Of a stretch of DNA of 64,000 nt, positions 20,946 through 35,500 are shown piece after piece. The notes beneath the pieces are model-generated. The model saw nothing but the letters and a program-made list of their open reading frames with translations, was not told the origin of the DNA and ran no database searches. The translations under genes were made by a program, and so were the position numbers. Each line of letters starts with the position of its first letter. Positions within the stretch are counted from its first letter, which is position 1. The stretch comes from a virus: positions 1 through 64,000 of the IMG/VR virus record IMGVR_UViG_3300045988_029408. One strand, 5' to 3'.

Positions 20946-23900
20946 ATAGCCAAGTAAATACATTTCTTGAAGGAATGAATTTGGATAGCGATATTACTAT
21001 GTTATCTGATAAGTAGTATAGATGGGCATAGAATGTTAGATTGTTAACAGATAATGCTGGAACTACTGGAATTCTATAGAATATAGAAGACATTAGACAG
21101 TATTTAGGAGGTTTAGAAATCTCTGAAAATATACTTGGTACTGCTGTTAGTAGATGGTATAATGTAGATAAAGAAAGAGTAGAAGAGTGTGGGGTTGTAT
21201 TTACTAAGGAGTTATATGAACAAAATAGAATCAACAATCTCTGGATAGTAACTGATTTTGATAGCATTAGCCCAACTTGGACACTAATCGTATCGGCTTA
21301 GTTAAATATAACCGATAACGTATCTATTGTTACTAACTTTGAATCTAATAATGTTAGTAAAGTATACATATCTGATGGTAATACTTCTATTAAATGTATT
21401 AATATATAGAAAAAATATAATACTAGTAAGACTAGTCCTATAACAGATAGTACATACTTTGATCTGTTACCAAGTTCTACTATTGCCCCATTTAAGTTTA
21501 TTGAATGGACTTCTGGTAATTTGCCAGCAGGTATGGTACAGTATTGTTATTAGCTATTCAATGTGCATGGCGGTGAAACTACAACTTCATCACTAAGTTC
21601 TATGATACCTGTATCTTCTAGTAACACTAATTCATCTAAAAACTTTAATGGAAACAATAAAGACGAAAGTACAGACAAAGGGTGTCTATTGTCAGCTACA
21701 TTATTTAATGACGGTAGATTTGAAAGAATTAGAATAATTGGAATACAGTACACTAATAAAAATCAAGTACCAAAAATATACATTATAAATGAATTAGATT
21801 TGCCCAAATCTGACAATCCTACCATTACTTTTACATATAATGATATAGGTAAGAATTATATTAATGAGTTATCCATTGAAGAGTTTAACAATATAATTCC
21901 GTTTGAATTTAATGCTAAGAGTATAGCTAAAATGAATAATAGATTATTTGCTTCAAACTTACAAGAAATAACATGGGATGTAGCTTACGATGCTAGGGCA
22001 TATAGGTGCAATAAAAATGGAACAATATAGCTAAATTCTAGTATAACTGAAAATTCTTTAACTTTAACGTTTGATTAGTTATTGGGTCAAGGCAACGACT
22101 TTATTATACCAGAAGAACACGACTGTATTAACCCTATGAATAGTCAAATAGTATATCCAAATAATGAAACTGAAGAATATGCTTACGGATATGATGATAG
22201 TAGAACCGTTAGAGGTGGCAAAGGAGTAAATATAAGTTATAGATTTGTTACTACAGACTTAATAGAATCTGACAATACTCCATCTGTAGATGAAGAAGGT
22301 AATAAATTATTAGCTTATAATATGGAATTATCTGCATCTAAAAGAGTAGACGCTACTATTAAGTTAAAATGTCCAGAGAACGGTCAAACTGTATATATCT
22401 ATAATAATGATAATACATCTAGAATAAGAAATTATAGCGATCCATTTTACGTATCTAATTTTTTAGGGTATTAGAGAGACGAAGTATATAGATTTGGAAT
22501 AGTATTTTATAATTAGAAAAATATACCATCTCCTGTACATTGGATCGGAGATATTAGATTTCCATCTGGTGATATTGAAGGATATGAACCATTTACTTTT
22601 GCTGATACAGTTGATGGAACTGGTAATTATGAATTAATATCTCATCCGTTAGGTATAGTATTTTATGTATAGAATCTTCCTACAGATGTAGTAGCTTATG
22701 AAATAGTAAGATGCGATAGAACATTGGCAGATAGAACTGTAGTTACTTAGGGATTACTAAACAAAACTGTTAGATTCAATGGGTGGTAGAATAATACTGA
22801 AGATTATAGAGCTGAATATTCTATTGGTAGCATAGATAGAAGACCTACTATTATGCCAACATTTACAGACACTACCGTATCACCGTTTGCACAAGGAATA
22901 TATCATATATATGATAACAAAATGGTATAGCAAGATACTCAAGCTATAAACCCAATGGACGTTAACGGTATATTTGATTTAGTAACAGCTGATATATGTT
23001 TTAATAAAGAAAATTCAGATTCTATTGTTACTAGTAATATGAATATAGTTCCATTATATTGTGCTCATTCCGCTACATATTGTGATGATAATAGATATAA
23101 ACATCACAGACTAGGAATACCTTTCACAAAAGTGTTAGGTAGAAATGATAACAATTAGACTGAAAATTCATTTGGTGGTGTAGTAGAAGGATCGGATTAT
23201 GATGGAGATCGACCAGCTATTAAATTAGAATCTGGAGTATTTGACGGGTTTGAGTAGAATGACGGCAGACTTAGTGGAGGGGTATGTAAATATTATTAGA
23301 TGTTTGGTAAGAACTATGCTCATAAAGACAATTCTAATTTGCGTCAATCTTTTCCTATAAAAGATGTTACTAAACCAACTAATATTTCTCCTTATCAAGA
23401 AGCTTTTGATGCTAAATAGATAGTAAACTATATAGATAGATTTGGGTTTATCAATTATAGTATTGGTTCTAATGAAGCTCTTGGACCACATGGGGTATGT
23501 TTAGCTATTAGTGCTCCAGATGTATATTCTGGTGGTTTTACAGGTATACGTACAACACCAATGTTAAGAAAGTTTAGATATAATTCTGTGCTTTTTGTTA
23601 ATATAAAGAAGAGTGCTACTCAGTATGGTGGTAACACATTTATAAGTAGGAGTTATTCTACTTATTATAGTACTAACACTTATGTTAAAACATCTTGGGA
23701 AGGATATGATACAGCAATGTGTTTTGGTGGTGATACATATTTGGGTGTATTAGATTATGTGCACACTTTGTTATTTACTAGAAATGATCCAGATGATAGA
23801 AACGGTTTCAAGAGATTTGTTGCAGCTTATATACCTTTAGAATCTAGTATAAATCTACATTATAGAAACGATGAACATTTTTCTCAAGATACAACAGTAT

Positions 23901-25126
23901 CTACTGGCAATGCTCAAACTGGAGAGGCTAATATATATTTTTTAACAGAACCTGGTGCACTAAATACAAACTATACTCAAGGAAAACCTATGTATACATA
24001 TAATTCAGCATATTCTAGTACTAATACCGCTAAAGGTTATATTCAAAGTTCTATATACGCTGAAGATAACGTAAAGAGTATGAATCGTATTACGTGTTCT
24101 GAAGTAAAGTCTATTAACGAATAGACAGATAGTTGGACTAAATTTAAATTTGCTAATTATTTAGATACAGATAGTACATATGGACCTGTTACTAATTTAA
24201 AAGTGTTTAAAAACAGATTGTATTTCTTTTAGGATAGTTCTGTGGGTATAGCTTCTGTTAATGACCGATCATTAATTAATGATAATAATGCTGGAGAACT
24301 AGTATTAGGTACAGGTGGAATATTAACAAGATATGATTACTTAGTTACACAAAATGGTAGTAGTATTATAAATGATAAAAGTATTACTAATTCAGAAACA
24401 ACTTTATATTGGCACGATTTTGATAAAAATGTAATATGTTCGCTAGGTAACGGATTCAATGAATTATCTAAGGTAAAACAAGTATAGACATATTTAAATA
24501 GATTACCAGATTCAGCTAGAAGAAATCCAGTATCATTTTATGATAAGAAATATAATGAAGTGTGGTTTAGAATATATGACAGATGTTTAATATTTAATGA
24601 ACAATTAAATGTATTTACTTCTTTCTATACTCACAATCCAAACTGGTTCTTCCCATTCTCTACTAGATTAATTACTATCAAAGATAATAATTGTTATTAC
24701 TTGCATAATATGTATTATGTAGATGATAGTAAAGAGAAAGAAGAACGTATATCTTATATAAGATTTGTAGTGAATAAAGATATTGCATACACAAAGGTAT
24801 TTGATAATCAATGGTTTTCAGCTGAATTTGAAGATGTTGGAGATGAGGAAAAACCTACTTTAATAACTGATATACATTTTGAAACTAAGACACAAGTTAC
24901 TGAACCAATAGATTATAATCAGATAGAAGTTAGAGAGGATAATTACAGATTTGCAATAAGTAGAGAAAAACAAGATAAACCAGATTTACAACAATAGACT
25001 AATATGTCTTACGCTGGAAGAATGAGAGGAAAATATTTGATTTGCAATTATACTTTTGATTGCAACGATAATAAAGAATTTAAGCTTCCGTATATTAAAA
25101 CAACTTATAGATATTCAATGTTATAA
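20936..25126 (+). CDS. Large tail-associated structural protein (1,396 codons)
   Basis: ATG 20936 (10-nt overlap with the upstream gene). Frame-2 track ORFs 21563, 22082, 22955, 23561, 24242 and 24560 are joined across 22 TAGs. TAA at 25124-25126. Tail assignment rests on size and position only. Confidence 0.8.
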
Positions 25127-25127
25127 T

Positions 25128-27524
25128 ATGAAAAATAAGAAATTAAAAAGAGTTCCTCAATATGCTTTCGGCGCTGATGCTATTTCAAATTGGGGAAACA
25201 TGAGTGGAGTAGATAAAGCAAATGTAGTTACACAAGGAGTTGGAGCTATAGGTAGTATGATAGGTAACGCTACTAGTGGATAGAAACCTACAGCAGCTGG
25301 TGTAATAGGTGGAATAGGATCTGGAGCTGCAATGGGTGCTTCTATTGGTGGACCTTGGGGAGCAGTAATAGGTGGAGCTATTGGCGGTATTACTTCAAGT
25401 ATAGGTTCTGGTGGATCTGTTAATGAACAGACTGGTGAGTATGAATTGCCATCAGGAATAGCTGGTCTATTTGGTCATAGTAAAAGTTATATACGTAATA
25501 AGGCTGGTAGAATTAAAAATGGTATTCAAGCTAGACAAATGTCTGAACAAGTAGCAGCTGATTACTACCAAGAAAATGGATATAATGAATTAAGTTTATC
25601 TAAAGGTGGAGTAGTACCATCTACTATGGCTTACTTAGATGATGGTGAGATGTTACGAACACCCGATGGAACTATAGTATCTATACCAGAAGAAGGTAAG
25701 CCCACAGATTCTAATTTATTAAACGTACCTGTTGGAACTCAAGTGTTAAGTGATAAATTAAAAGTTCCAGGAACAAATAAAACTTTTGCCGAAATGGGTA
25801 AGAAATTAATGAAAAAGAGTAATAAGAAAGTTAATGGCATTTACGCAGAGAATAGTCAAATGCTTAATGAAAGAAACAATCAATTAGCTTATTAGAGTTT
25901 ACTAGAATAGCAGGAGTCTTTAAAGAATAAAAAGACAGGTAAGAAACAAGAGATACCTGCATATGAAGAAGGTACCCCTGGTGTATCTGGTAGAAAGAAA
26001 GTAAAACTAAAATATATATACGATCCTATGTTGGGAGGTTTTGGTTATATTGATCCTAATACTGGTGGCTTTGTTGAAATGAACAACGTTCGTAATGATC
26101 TTCTGCCTGATTCTATGTGGGTTCAAAATTACGATAATTCTGAACAAGCTGAACAAGCTGAACAACAATCTTCCGTAGAACAGAATACTGTTCCTAAGAA
26201 TACACTTAGAGCAAAGAAACGTGACTTTCTACGATTACCAGCTAAACAAGGTAAAGCGAATACTCCAACTATATTTAATGACCACGCTTTTGAATTAGCT
26301 GGAACTAAATATCAAATAGGTGATACTTTTGAATATAAAGGAAAGCAGTACAAAGTTATTGGGAACAATGAAGCTGTACCTGTTAACTAGAATACAATAA
26401 ATCCTAAAGATGCGAGAGATGGGGTTGATTGGAATTTGTTTAGAGACATATTTACTCAAGGTGATCCTAGAATTATAGGTCCGGCTGGAGCAGGAAGATA
26501 TCCTTCTAATACTTAGAGTAGAAGAGTAGGCAGATTATCTGATCCAAACAATCCTTACTTTATAGGAAATATGTACATGAATGGTAATTATGGTAATCTT
26601 ACTGCTGGTGAACTGTTTACTTCTTTCAATCCTGAATTTAATACACCTGCTGTAGGTATAATAGGCACTGATACTTCTAGTTCTTCAGTTCCTGTGGCAG
26701 TTCAAGATACTACAGTACCACAAACTATATCTCGTAGTACCACTGGTACTAAAAAAGGTGCGGTACAAACAAGTACGTAGCAACCTGTTCAAGAATAGGT
26801 CAACGCTGGACCGATACAACCTTTTAGCAATAGCCGTCCATCTTTAACTGAATTGGCTTCTAAACCGAATAAAATTTTACCAAAGGTTAATGTTGGCAGA
26901 CCATTTACATATAATCCTTCTACAGACAATGGATTAAGTAATGGGCTAGACATGTCTTCTTTATATTCTACAGTAGCTACTTTGGCTCCTCTATTTGATA
27001 GAGAACGTGCGGAAAAAGTTGATACTTATACATACAATCCTGTATACGGTCCTACTGAATATAACATAGATCCTTTGTTGGAACAAATCACTATGAGTGA
27101 CAGAATTTCTAGATATAATATGGCTAATATCAATCCTAATACTGGAGCTAATATGGCATTTGGTTTATAGTCAGCTGTTAATAGAAATAAAGCTATAGCT
27201 AACGCATATGCTACTAAAAACAATGCTGAAAATCAAATGGCATTCAATAATGCACAAATAGCTAATCAGTGGGGACAGCAATATTCTGATGCTAGACATA
27301 CTGCTGCCACTGAATACGCCCAGAATAAAGCAAATGCTAGAAATATAAATAGAAGGAATTTTGCTTCGGCTTTGAACAATTGGGGAGCTTCATTGAGAGA
27401 TAAAAAACAAACAAGTATGGATATGGCAGCTTTGGAGATGTTGCAACCTATGCTTAATTATGGTACAGAAGATAATGTACTTAACAGAGTTAATAAAATA
27501 TTAAATAGAGTAAAAAATGGTTAA
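25128..27524 (+). CDS. Virion internal/ejection-type protein with glycine-zipper segment (798 codons)
   Basis: ATG 25128. Frame-0 ORFs 25332, 26028, 26571, 26853 and 27237 are joined across 8 TAGs. TAA at 27522-27524. Contains GASIGGPWGAVIGGAIGGITSSIGSGG. Confidence 0.75.
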
Positions 27525-29556
27525 TAGATACGATGAACCTGCTTCTTATGGTTACATTAGTCAATATGTGCCAATACCGTTTGAAAAATTATACGCATTA
27601 GGTAAAGATTATGCAGACCAAAGAAAACAAGCAGAAAAAGAATTAGAAACAAATATTAGAAAATTTGGAGAATTTGTTTCACCTTCTAGTGTAGATACTT
27701 AGAATTATTATAACGCTTCCATAAAAGTTCTAGATCCATTAATACAAGAAGCATCCGCTAATCCAAGTGTTATGAAAAATGCAGATTTCCGTGCTAGATT
27801 GCAAAATACTATAAATAATTTAGATTATAGTTTATTGAGTCAATATCAACAATCTGCTGAAAATCTTAGACTTCGTGAATAGAATATAGCTAAATTACAA
27901 GCGGAAGGCAGATATAATAGAGACATGGATGATATTGATATAACTAATTGGAATACTAAGGATTAGGGAATAATGAATAATTTAAATCCTATTCGTTATC
28001 AATCAATTAGAGAGCAGGTAGAACCTTATGTAAACAACTTGCAAGATTCGTTCTTGTATAGTAGAGGCGGATATAATTGGATTGGCGTTGATGCAGATAC
28101 TGTAATAAGACAAGTAGATACCAATTGGTCATCCATACGCAATACCCCTATAGCAGAAGCTCATATAAAAGCTATGATGAAAAATGGTATGACCTTAGAG
28201 GAGGCTGAGAATGCTTTTAGAAATCAAGCTATGAATGATGCATTAGAATATGTTAGAAAGAAACCTGTAGTAGATCCATATGCTATGGCTGAATATTAGA
28301 ATAGAGCTGCTATAAGATTAGCACAAGCTAGAAAAGGTAGTTAGGGTAAGCCTTCTGGTGCTGTGTTAGGACTTAGTGATATGCTAACTGGATAGTACTT
28401 GAAGCATCGTCAAAACATATTCAATAGAACTTTATCTAACGATAGTAGAGACGAACTATCAGATCCTAGTTTCCTTCAGAAATATCAAAAACTTACAGAA
28501 GAATCCTAGATTAATATAGACAATCTTACTAATCAAATTATGAACAGCAATCCTAAATTTGCACAAGCTGTAGAACTAATTAAACAAACTCTTATTGCTA
28601 AAGGACACCAAGATTCTGAAGAATTAGATCAAGTCGCGTTTCAAGCTGCACTACAATCTCCTGTAGTTAGTAATAAAGATAGAAATAAAATAAATTCTGC
28701 CATATAGTAGTATGAAGAATAGCATCAAAATATGATAAAAGAAGCAGAGGGTAGAGCCATGCAAAAAGCTTTTAATAAAACATTACAATTAGATCCTAAT
28801 GCAAATCCTTTTAGTAACTTTAGAATGTACGTTGATGGTGGAGAGTATATGTACGACGAAAAGAAAGTACACGATATGTGGGAAGATGGGTTAAGAATAA
28901 TTACACAACCAGTTGGACCGAATTTAAATCAAAATATGTTAAATAGCTTATTTGGATCTAATAAAAAAGTAAATGAAGAAGTAGGTTATATTATAGATCC
29001 TAATAAATTAATATCTCCCAGAAGCATTGTATTAGATAATCCTTATGTTACAAGCCTTGTAGAACAAGCTGGACACAAAATTAATGATATTAAAAATATG
29101 CATCTTGATAGAGATACTTGGGGTCAAGATAATTTTGATATAGAAGAAAGAATAGCCAAAGGTGATTTTGGTAAAGTAGCTATCGACAAGGTAGAAGGCT
29201 ACATAGAACAAGGCAATACTAAAGGTTTACTTGTTAGTGTGAATGTACCTTATAAAGATATAGAAAACGCTTATACCTCTTGGTGGAGAATAGAAAATCC
29301 TAAAAATACTTTAAAAGACTATGGTTTTACTGTATCGGGAGCTCCAGAGGGAGCTGGAGAAGATTCCAGATGGTCACAAGGATACGTTACAGTAAGGATG
29401 GTTTTGGGTACTAGTGATAGTGATGTTGATAAAATTATGACAAATAGAAGCTATTAGAAAGAAACTGGTACGACAAATACAAAAGAAATGTAGATACAGC
29501 AAGATGATGCGTTAATGAATTAGATAAATAACTGGATTCCCGGAATGGGATTTTAA
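27517..29556 (+). CDS. Hypothetical virion protein (679 codons)
   Basis: ATG 27517 (ATGGTTAA overlap). Frame-1 pieces are joined across 13 TAGs. TAA at 29554-29556. Confidence 0.75.
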
Positions 29557-29568
29557 TTAATAACAAAT

Positions 29569-32500
29569 ATGTCATACATAGATTTATAGAACGCTACAAA
29601 AAATCCGTCATTATACAGAAATAACAGCATTGGATTTCTGGATAAGGCTTACTATGAAAATAAGAACACCTCAGATTGGGCAGCAGATTATGATTTCATA
29701 GATTGGGCTTAGGACGCAACTAGAGATTATTATAGAAGTTTACAAAAAGGTTAGATGTAGACTTCTCAGGATAAAATGACAGTTAATAAATAGAACATTA
29801 ATGATTCTTAGAAACTGTTAGAGTTGTATGATCAATTAGATCAAGTTGATTCTAAAGACCAAGTAGCTATTATTCAGAATGAAATAAGTAATATTACGGA
29901 TTCTATGCGTAAGAATGGTAGTTGGTCATATTAGGCAGACCCTAATAGAGACCAATTACAAGGTATCATAAATGATAACCAAAAACAATATGACGAAAAT
30001 TATAAACAGTATTTAGGTGATTTAGAAGAACTAAATTAGTCCTATAAGAACTATGATATAAGTCAGTACTATACAAGAAAGAGTAATGATGCTACCGCTG
30101 GATGGGGTAATTTTTTCTATAAAATGCCATCAACTATGGGCACTAGCAACACTAGCGCCCTGTATTAGACTACTAGTATGTTAGCAGGTTGGGGAGGATT
30201 CGTAGCAGGATCTAAATTAGGAGCAGCAATTGGAGCTGCTGCTGGACCTGTTGGAGCCGCAGCTGGTGCTGTATTAGGTGGTATAATTTCTATTGGCGCA
30301 GCTCAATTATTTGGCGGAATAACCTCGCGTGAGAATGAGTCCCACATGGAAGCATTTAATGGGTATTCTGAAAAAGTATAGCAACTAGCTGAAAAGAGAA
30401 ATGTAGATCTACAACCTGTGATAAATAATACTAAGCAGCAATTAGCTAAAAAAGGTGTAGACGTTACTTATTTAAACGATAATGAAATAATACAAGCGGC
30501 ATTAGCAGATGGCGATATCATATCAGGTTCTTCAGAATTTGATCAGATAGCTAAAGAAGCATATCTTGGAACTAGAAGAATATATGAGCAGAATAATGCA
30601 CTTGGGTTTGGAGAAGTACTATCCGATTTATCTTATTTTATACCGTTGGGTAAATATCTAACAGGTACTGCAAAAACTGTTGGTAAATTTGCATATAAAA
30701 CCATAGGTAGTCCATTTAAACAAGCAATGGCTAACAGAATGGCACAAGGATTACAGGTTGCAAATCTTGGCTCCAACCTAAGAAAAAAAGTAATAGCTGA
30801 CAAACTTTTTGATTTTGTAACAGGTTCTGTATGGCGTAGCGCAGTGGAAGCGTCAGAAGAAGGTGCACAAAATGTAATTAATAAGAAGTATATGAACGAT
30901 GAGTATGCAGACGATTATGCAAATTCATCATTTTATGATGCGTTGATAGATGGTCAATTGATTGAAGATACTGTAGACAATTTGTGGCTTAGAGCTAAAA
31001 CTTTAGGAGCTGCTTTTAACATTAACCACGAATATGAAAACGATGCACAGCTATTTGAGGAGATGATGGGTGGTGCACTATTGCCATTCTTTAGTCCACA
31101 AGGTATGGTCGGTTCTGCTTTAAATGCTAGAAAAACATTCAATGATATTACTCAAAGTAAAAGAGTTGGAGATTATGTTGCTACAGCGTTGATGCAACAA
31201 GACGAGATTAACCGGAATTCTGATTTTTATAAAAAGATAAGGGAAGGTGTGAATAATGGCACTTATCTTGATATGTTAGACAGAATTAGTAATATGTTAA
31301 AACAAAAAGGATCTGATGGAAAAACTACGCAATACAATTTGGACACTACTGTTTTAACAAAAGATGGCTCTATTCCTAAAGATACTGATATTGACGAGTT
31401 TATAAACGAGTAGAGAGAAGAGTATAATAATTTGATTTCTCACAAAAAACAATCAGCTAAACAATTGAATGAATTGAATTTGGACGTAGAGGATGAAGAT
31501 TTATTGCTAGCTCTTTCATGGAATGCCAAAACTGAACTTTCTAAAGCTATGGCTTTGAAAGCAAAAGAAGGTTTAGTTGCCGGAAACAATGCTATTACTT
31601 TGTTAGAAAATGAAGATTTTAAAAACAAAGCCAAACAGCTTTTGAAGAAAGATAATTTGACAGATGCACAGTTGTTACAAATAGCTACTCTTTTAATTGA
31701 TAAACAAGTTCAGCAATATTATGACCGTTTAACAGATTAGTCAATAGCGGAAACACAAATTAAAGCTGCATTAACACAAGGTAGAATAAGTAAATATACC
31801 GGGTTATTTGATGCTACAAATAGTTTGAATCAAACATTGTCAGAGAATAGAAAATCTAAGAAGCGTATAAAAGATAATATCAGTAGACTAGCTAAAGAAT
31901 TAGATGTAACAGAAGATGCACTTAACGAATTGGATGAACGATTGATCGGTGATACTAAACTGTTTAAGGGTATTCAAAATAATGCTAAAAATAGAGGTGT
32001 ATTAAATATAATATCTCCACTACTACAAGAGAAATCTGATAAACTACAAAGTACTGATAAAGAATATATATCTCAGCAGATAGCTAAATATAGAGAAACA
32101 CAACACATACAAAACAAATTAGCAGATGCCGTTAATGAAGCCTCTAGAGCACACAGTGAAGATGTTAAAGAAATTGATGAAACAAAGTCTCCTAAACAAT
32201 TAGAAGATGAAGTTACAGCATTGCAAGACGCTTAGGTTACAGAACAACGGCAGTTAATAGAGCAAGACATAAATAATACTATATCACAGTTTGAAACTTT
32301 ATTAAGTTCTATACCACAAGGAAGTGTATTACATAACATCGTTGATGAAGTAAATAAAGGTAGAGATCTTGTAGGTACAGATGCTTTATCTTATGCTAGA
32401 TATCTTAAAAACTTAATGAACAAGTTATCTAAGAGATATGCAGATAAAAAAGAAACCGAAGGTGTATCTGATCAAGATAAACAAAATTTAGATAAGCTAC

Positions 32501-35500
32501 AAAAAGCGGCTAAACACTTAGGTGATCAATTAACTAGGTTAACAGATTTGGTAGATGAGGATAATGCTAGAATATAGAGACACAATCCTAATTTTCCAAG
32601 TGATTCTACTGTGTGGTTTGATGAAAACGGAGATAGATATTCTTTTGATTTTGCAAATTCTGAATACTCTGAAAAAGAAGGATTATTGTTACATGGTAGA
32701 AAAATAGTACAAGATTCGGAAAAAGATAGAATTAATGAATAGATAAATCTATTAGAAAAAGAACTTAAATTATTAGATAGTTAGGAAGATGATATTAGTA
32801 AGCAATCTGCCGATTCGTTGAGAAAAACAATATCTCAATTAAAAGATGCATTATCATCTATGGACTTTTCTAATCAATTTACTGTAAAAGCAGATGATCC
32901 ATTATTACAAACCCTTACTACCAAAGATAATCTAGGTAACACTAAACAATTTAGTAACAAACTTAAGAGATTGGTAAATTCGGTAAATCAAAGTATAGAA
33001 GCTAATAAAAAATCTAGAAATAGAAAAAGAAGTATAGATTCTGTAGACGGTGATACTTTTGAATTTAATCTTGATAATGAAACTGGTAAAAAGCACGGTC
33101 CATTACACCAATAGGATCTAATAGAAAAAAGTAAAGACAGACCTTTAATGATTAAAGGGTATCCTTTGAATAATAGTATGGGAGCTAGAATATCTACTAT
33201 GCTAAGCAATCCTTACTATGCTAGTAAATTCTGGAGAGGGTTTATTACTATGCCTTATCAATCTTCTGATGAAGCTAAATAGGAAATAAGCAAAGATTTC
33301 GCAATACTAAAGAAATTCGGTCGTACTTTAAACAGATATAAAGCTATTGATGATTTTAATAAGATAGGAAAACAGATAGCATATCTTAGAGAGCAAGGTA
33401 AAGCTACGGACGATATAATAGAAAATATAAATAAATTAGCTAATGGTGAAATAGATAGTGTTACTGTAGGGTTAGCTAAACTAAGCAAAGATGACTACGA
33501 TAACATAGTATATGCTCTACCTGTAAGAATTTATTTCAATCAGAATAGAGTTGGTAACAAATGGTCTTATGTGGTAGGTGCAGACTTTGCAGGTTACGCT
33601 TACTCTACTGAACCTTCTAAAGCTGAGCTTGATTCACGTTCAGAATTAATACATAATTTGTGGTATAATTATAAAAAGGTAGAAAAGAAAGAAGATGTAG
33701 AAGGATTGGAAACCGAATCTTCTAAACCAGAATATACCAATAAAATAGGATTCCAACCTGGAGATATGATTGTAACAAATGGGGGATACAATTATCAAGT
33801 TACGACAATGGTAAATCCTAATCTTAATATTTATCAAAATGAAGCTGGTTAGACAATGACATCTAAAGAAATAGATGAAAAATATGAAGGTGAATTACCA
33901 GAAGCAATAACTAAAGTGTCTGCACATTTGGATGAACTTGTGCAATTAGCTAAAGAGATTGGCTACAGTAATGTGAATGTTAAATCTCTCAATGAACCTC
34001 TTAGTAATGAGCGACAGAGTACTACCAAATTGGCTCACTTACTCAAAGGTTTAGCTAAGTATGCAGATGGATTGGTAGACTTACATAGTACGTTTATACC
34101 GAAATATGTTATACCTACTTTAGGTCAAGCTGAAAAAAGAGGTACAAAAGTACAGAGTGCTAATACTGAAAGAGCTAAACAATTACTATCTTTTGCTCAA
34201 AAGTATTCACCAGAATTGTTCTTATCGTATAAGAACTATCAGGATGATAATAATCTTACGCCTATAGTAGAAGATACCGTACAGGAAGCTTTAAACAACA
34301 GATGGTTTAATGGTAAAAATTCATTAAGTATTGAATTGAACGGTGAAGTTGTAAGTACACTGGACACTTAGGATAATAGAGATTTGTTAGTTAGAATAGG
34401 TAATACTATTGAAAAATTAATTAGAGATAGCCACGATTCACAAGAATTTATGGATAAGCTAGAGATTCTGGGTTACAATTTTAAGAAAAATGGTAATTCT
34501 GAGGAGGGTAATCGTATAATATCTCAATATTTTGACAATAGAAGATTCTCAAGATTAAGTAGACCTACTAATGTAATGCAAGCTATTACTATGGGTACTG
34601 CTGAGCCTCTGAATAATATAGATTATAATAATTTTAATCGTGTAGCTAAACACGAACAATCTAAATTAAATCAAATTCAAGCATTGGGTTTAATCAAAAA
34701 TTCCGATGGTCAATATGTATTTTCTTTAGTAGATTGGTTAAAGCGTAACGCATAGGATGAAGAGTCAGCAGAAGGTAGATAGCTAGAATCAGAAGTAAGA
34801 AAGTAGGAACTTCAAACTGAGCAAGAAAGTTTACAAAAAACTGTAAGATCAATTAGGAAAAAAACAGAACTGATTAAATTTATTGGTGACAATGAAGAAT
34901 TACTTGGTAAAGAATTGTATGATCAACTTGTACGCGTTAATAGAAAAGGAGAATTTGTATTAAAATACGATAATGCTGGAGCTACCAAATCACACATTAT
35001 TGCTAAAATCAATGAAGTGTATGATTAGAAAATAAACCAAGTAAATGCTCAATTAGAAAAAGAACTTGAAGAAGAAATAAGTAAAAATGAATTTGAAGGT
35101 AAAAAAGTATCTCCTGTAATTTTTGGTTATGGTTCATATGATTCAGAAGTAGGTTCTAACATCGTGTATTTTAACAGTAAAGGTGAAAAAGTACTGGTAA
35201 AGGATGCTAACGGTACTCCTGGTGCTATTTACCTCATAACTCCCTCTTTCTTATCTTCTTCTAGAAGACACACTATTGTGCACTTAAATCCTAAAAGATT
35301 TGATAGAACAACTGCTAAATTCTTAGCTTCTATACTTAAAGGAATAAATGACGGAAAATATAATTTAAGTAGTTATGCTAGAGATATAAATGTAGAAGGA
35401 TTTATTATAGACACAGATATGTCTGTTAAGCAATTATTAGATACTTTTATATATACTGGAACAGAAGCTATAGCTAATAATCCATCGGACAACAATTATG

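Noticed and set aside
3112-21753. Minus-strand track ORFs inside the late module (e.g. 3112-3324, 3695-3892, 4592-5017, 6230-6421, 9550-9765, 14956-15318, 15476-15772, 16009-16197, 17582-17827, 18431-18637, 20884-21267, 21550-21753, and later ones up to 47483-47740)
   Set aside because: All lie antisense to long, motif-supported plus-strand genes. They translate to Ser/Ile/Leu/Phe-rich low-complexity strings and have no independent signals.
25056-25127. TTG start at 25056 for the 798-codon gene, as given in the ORF track
   Set aside because: It would overlap the upstream gene by 71 nt. An ATG at 25128 sits 1 nt after the upstream TAA, matching the tight coupling seen at other late-gene junctions.
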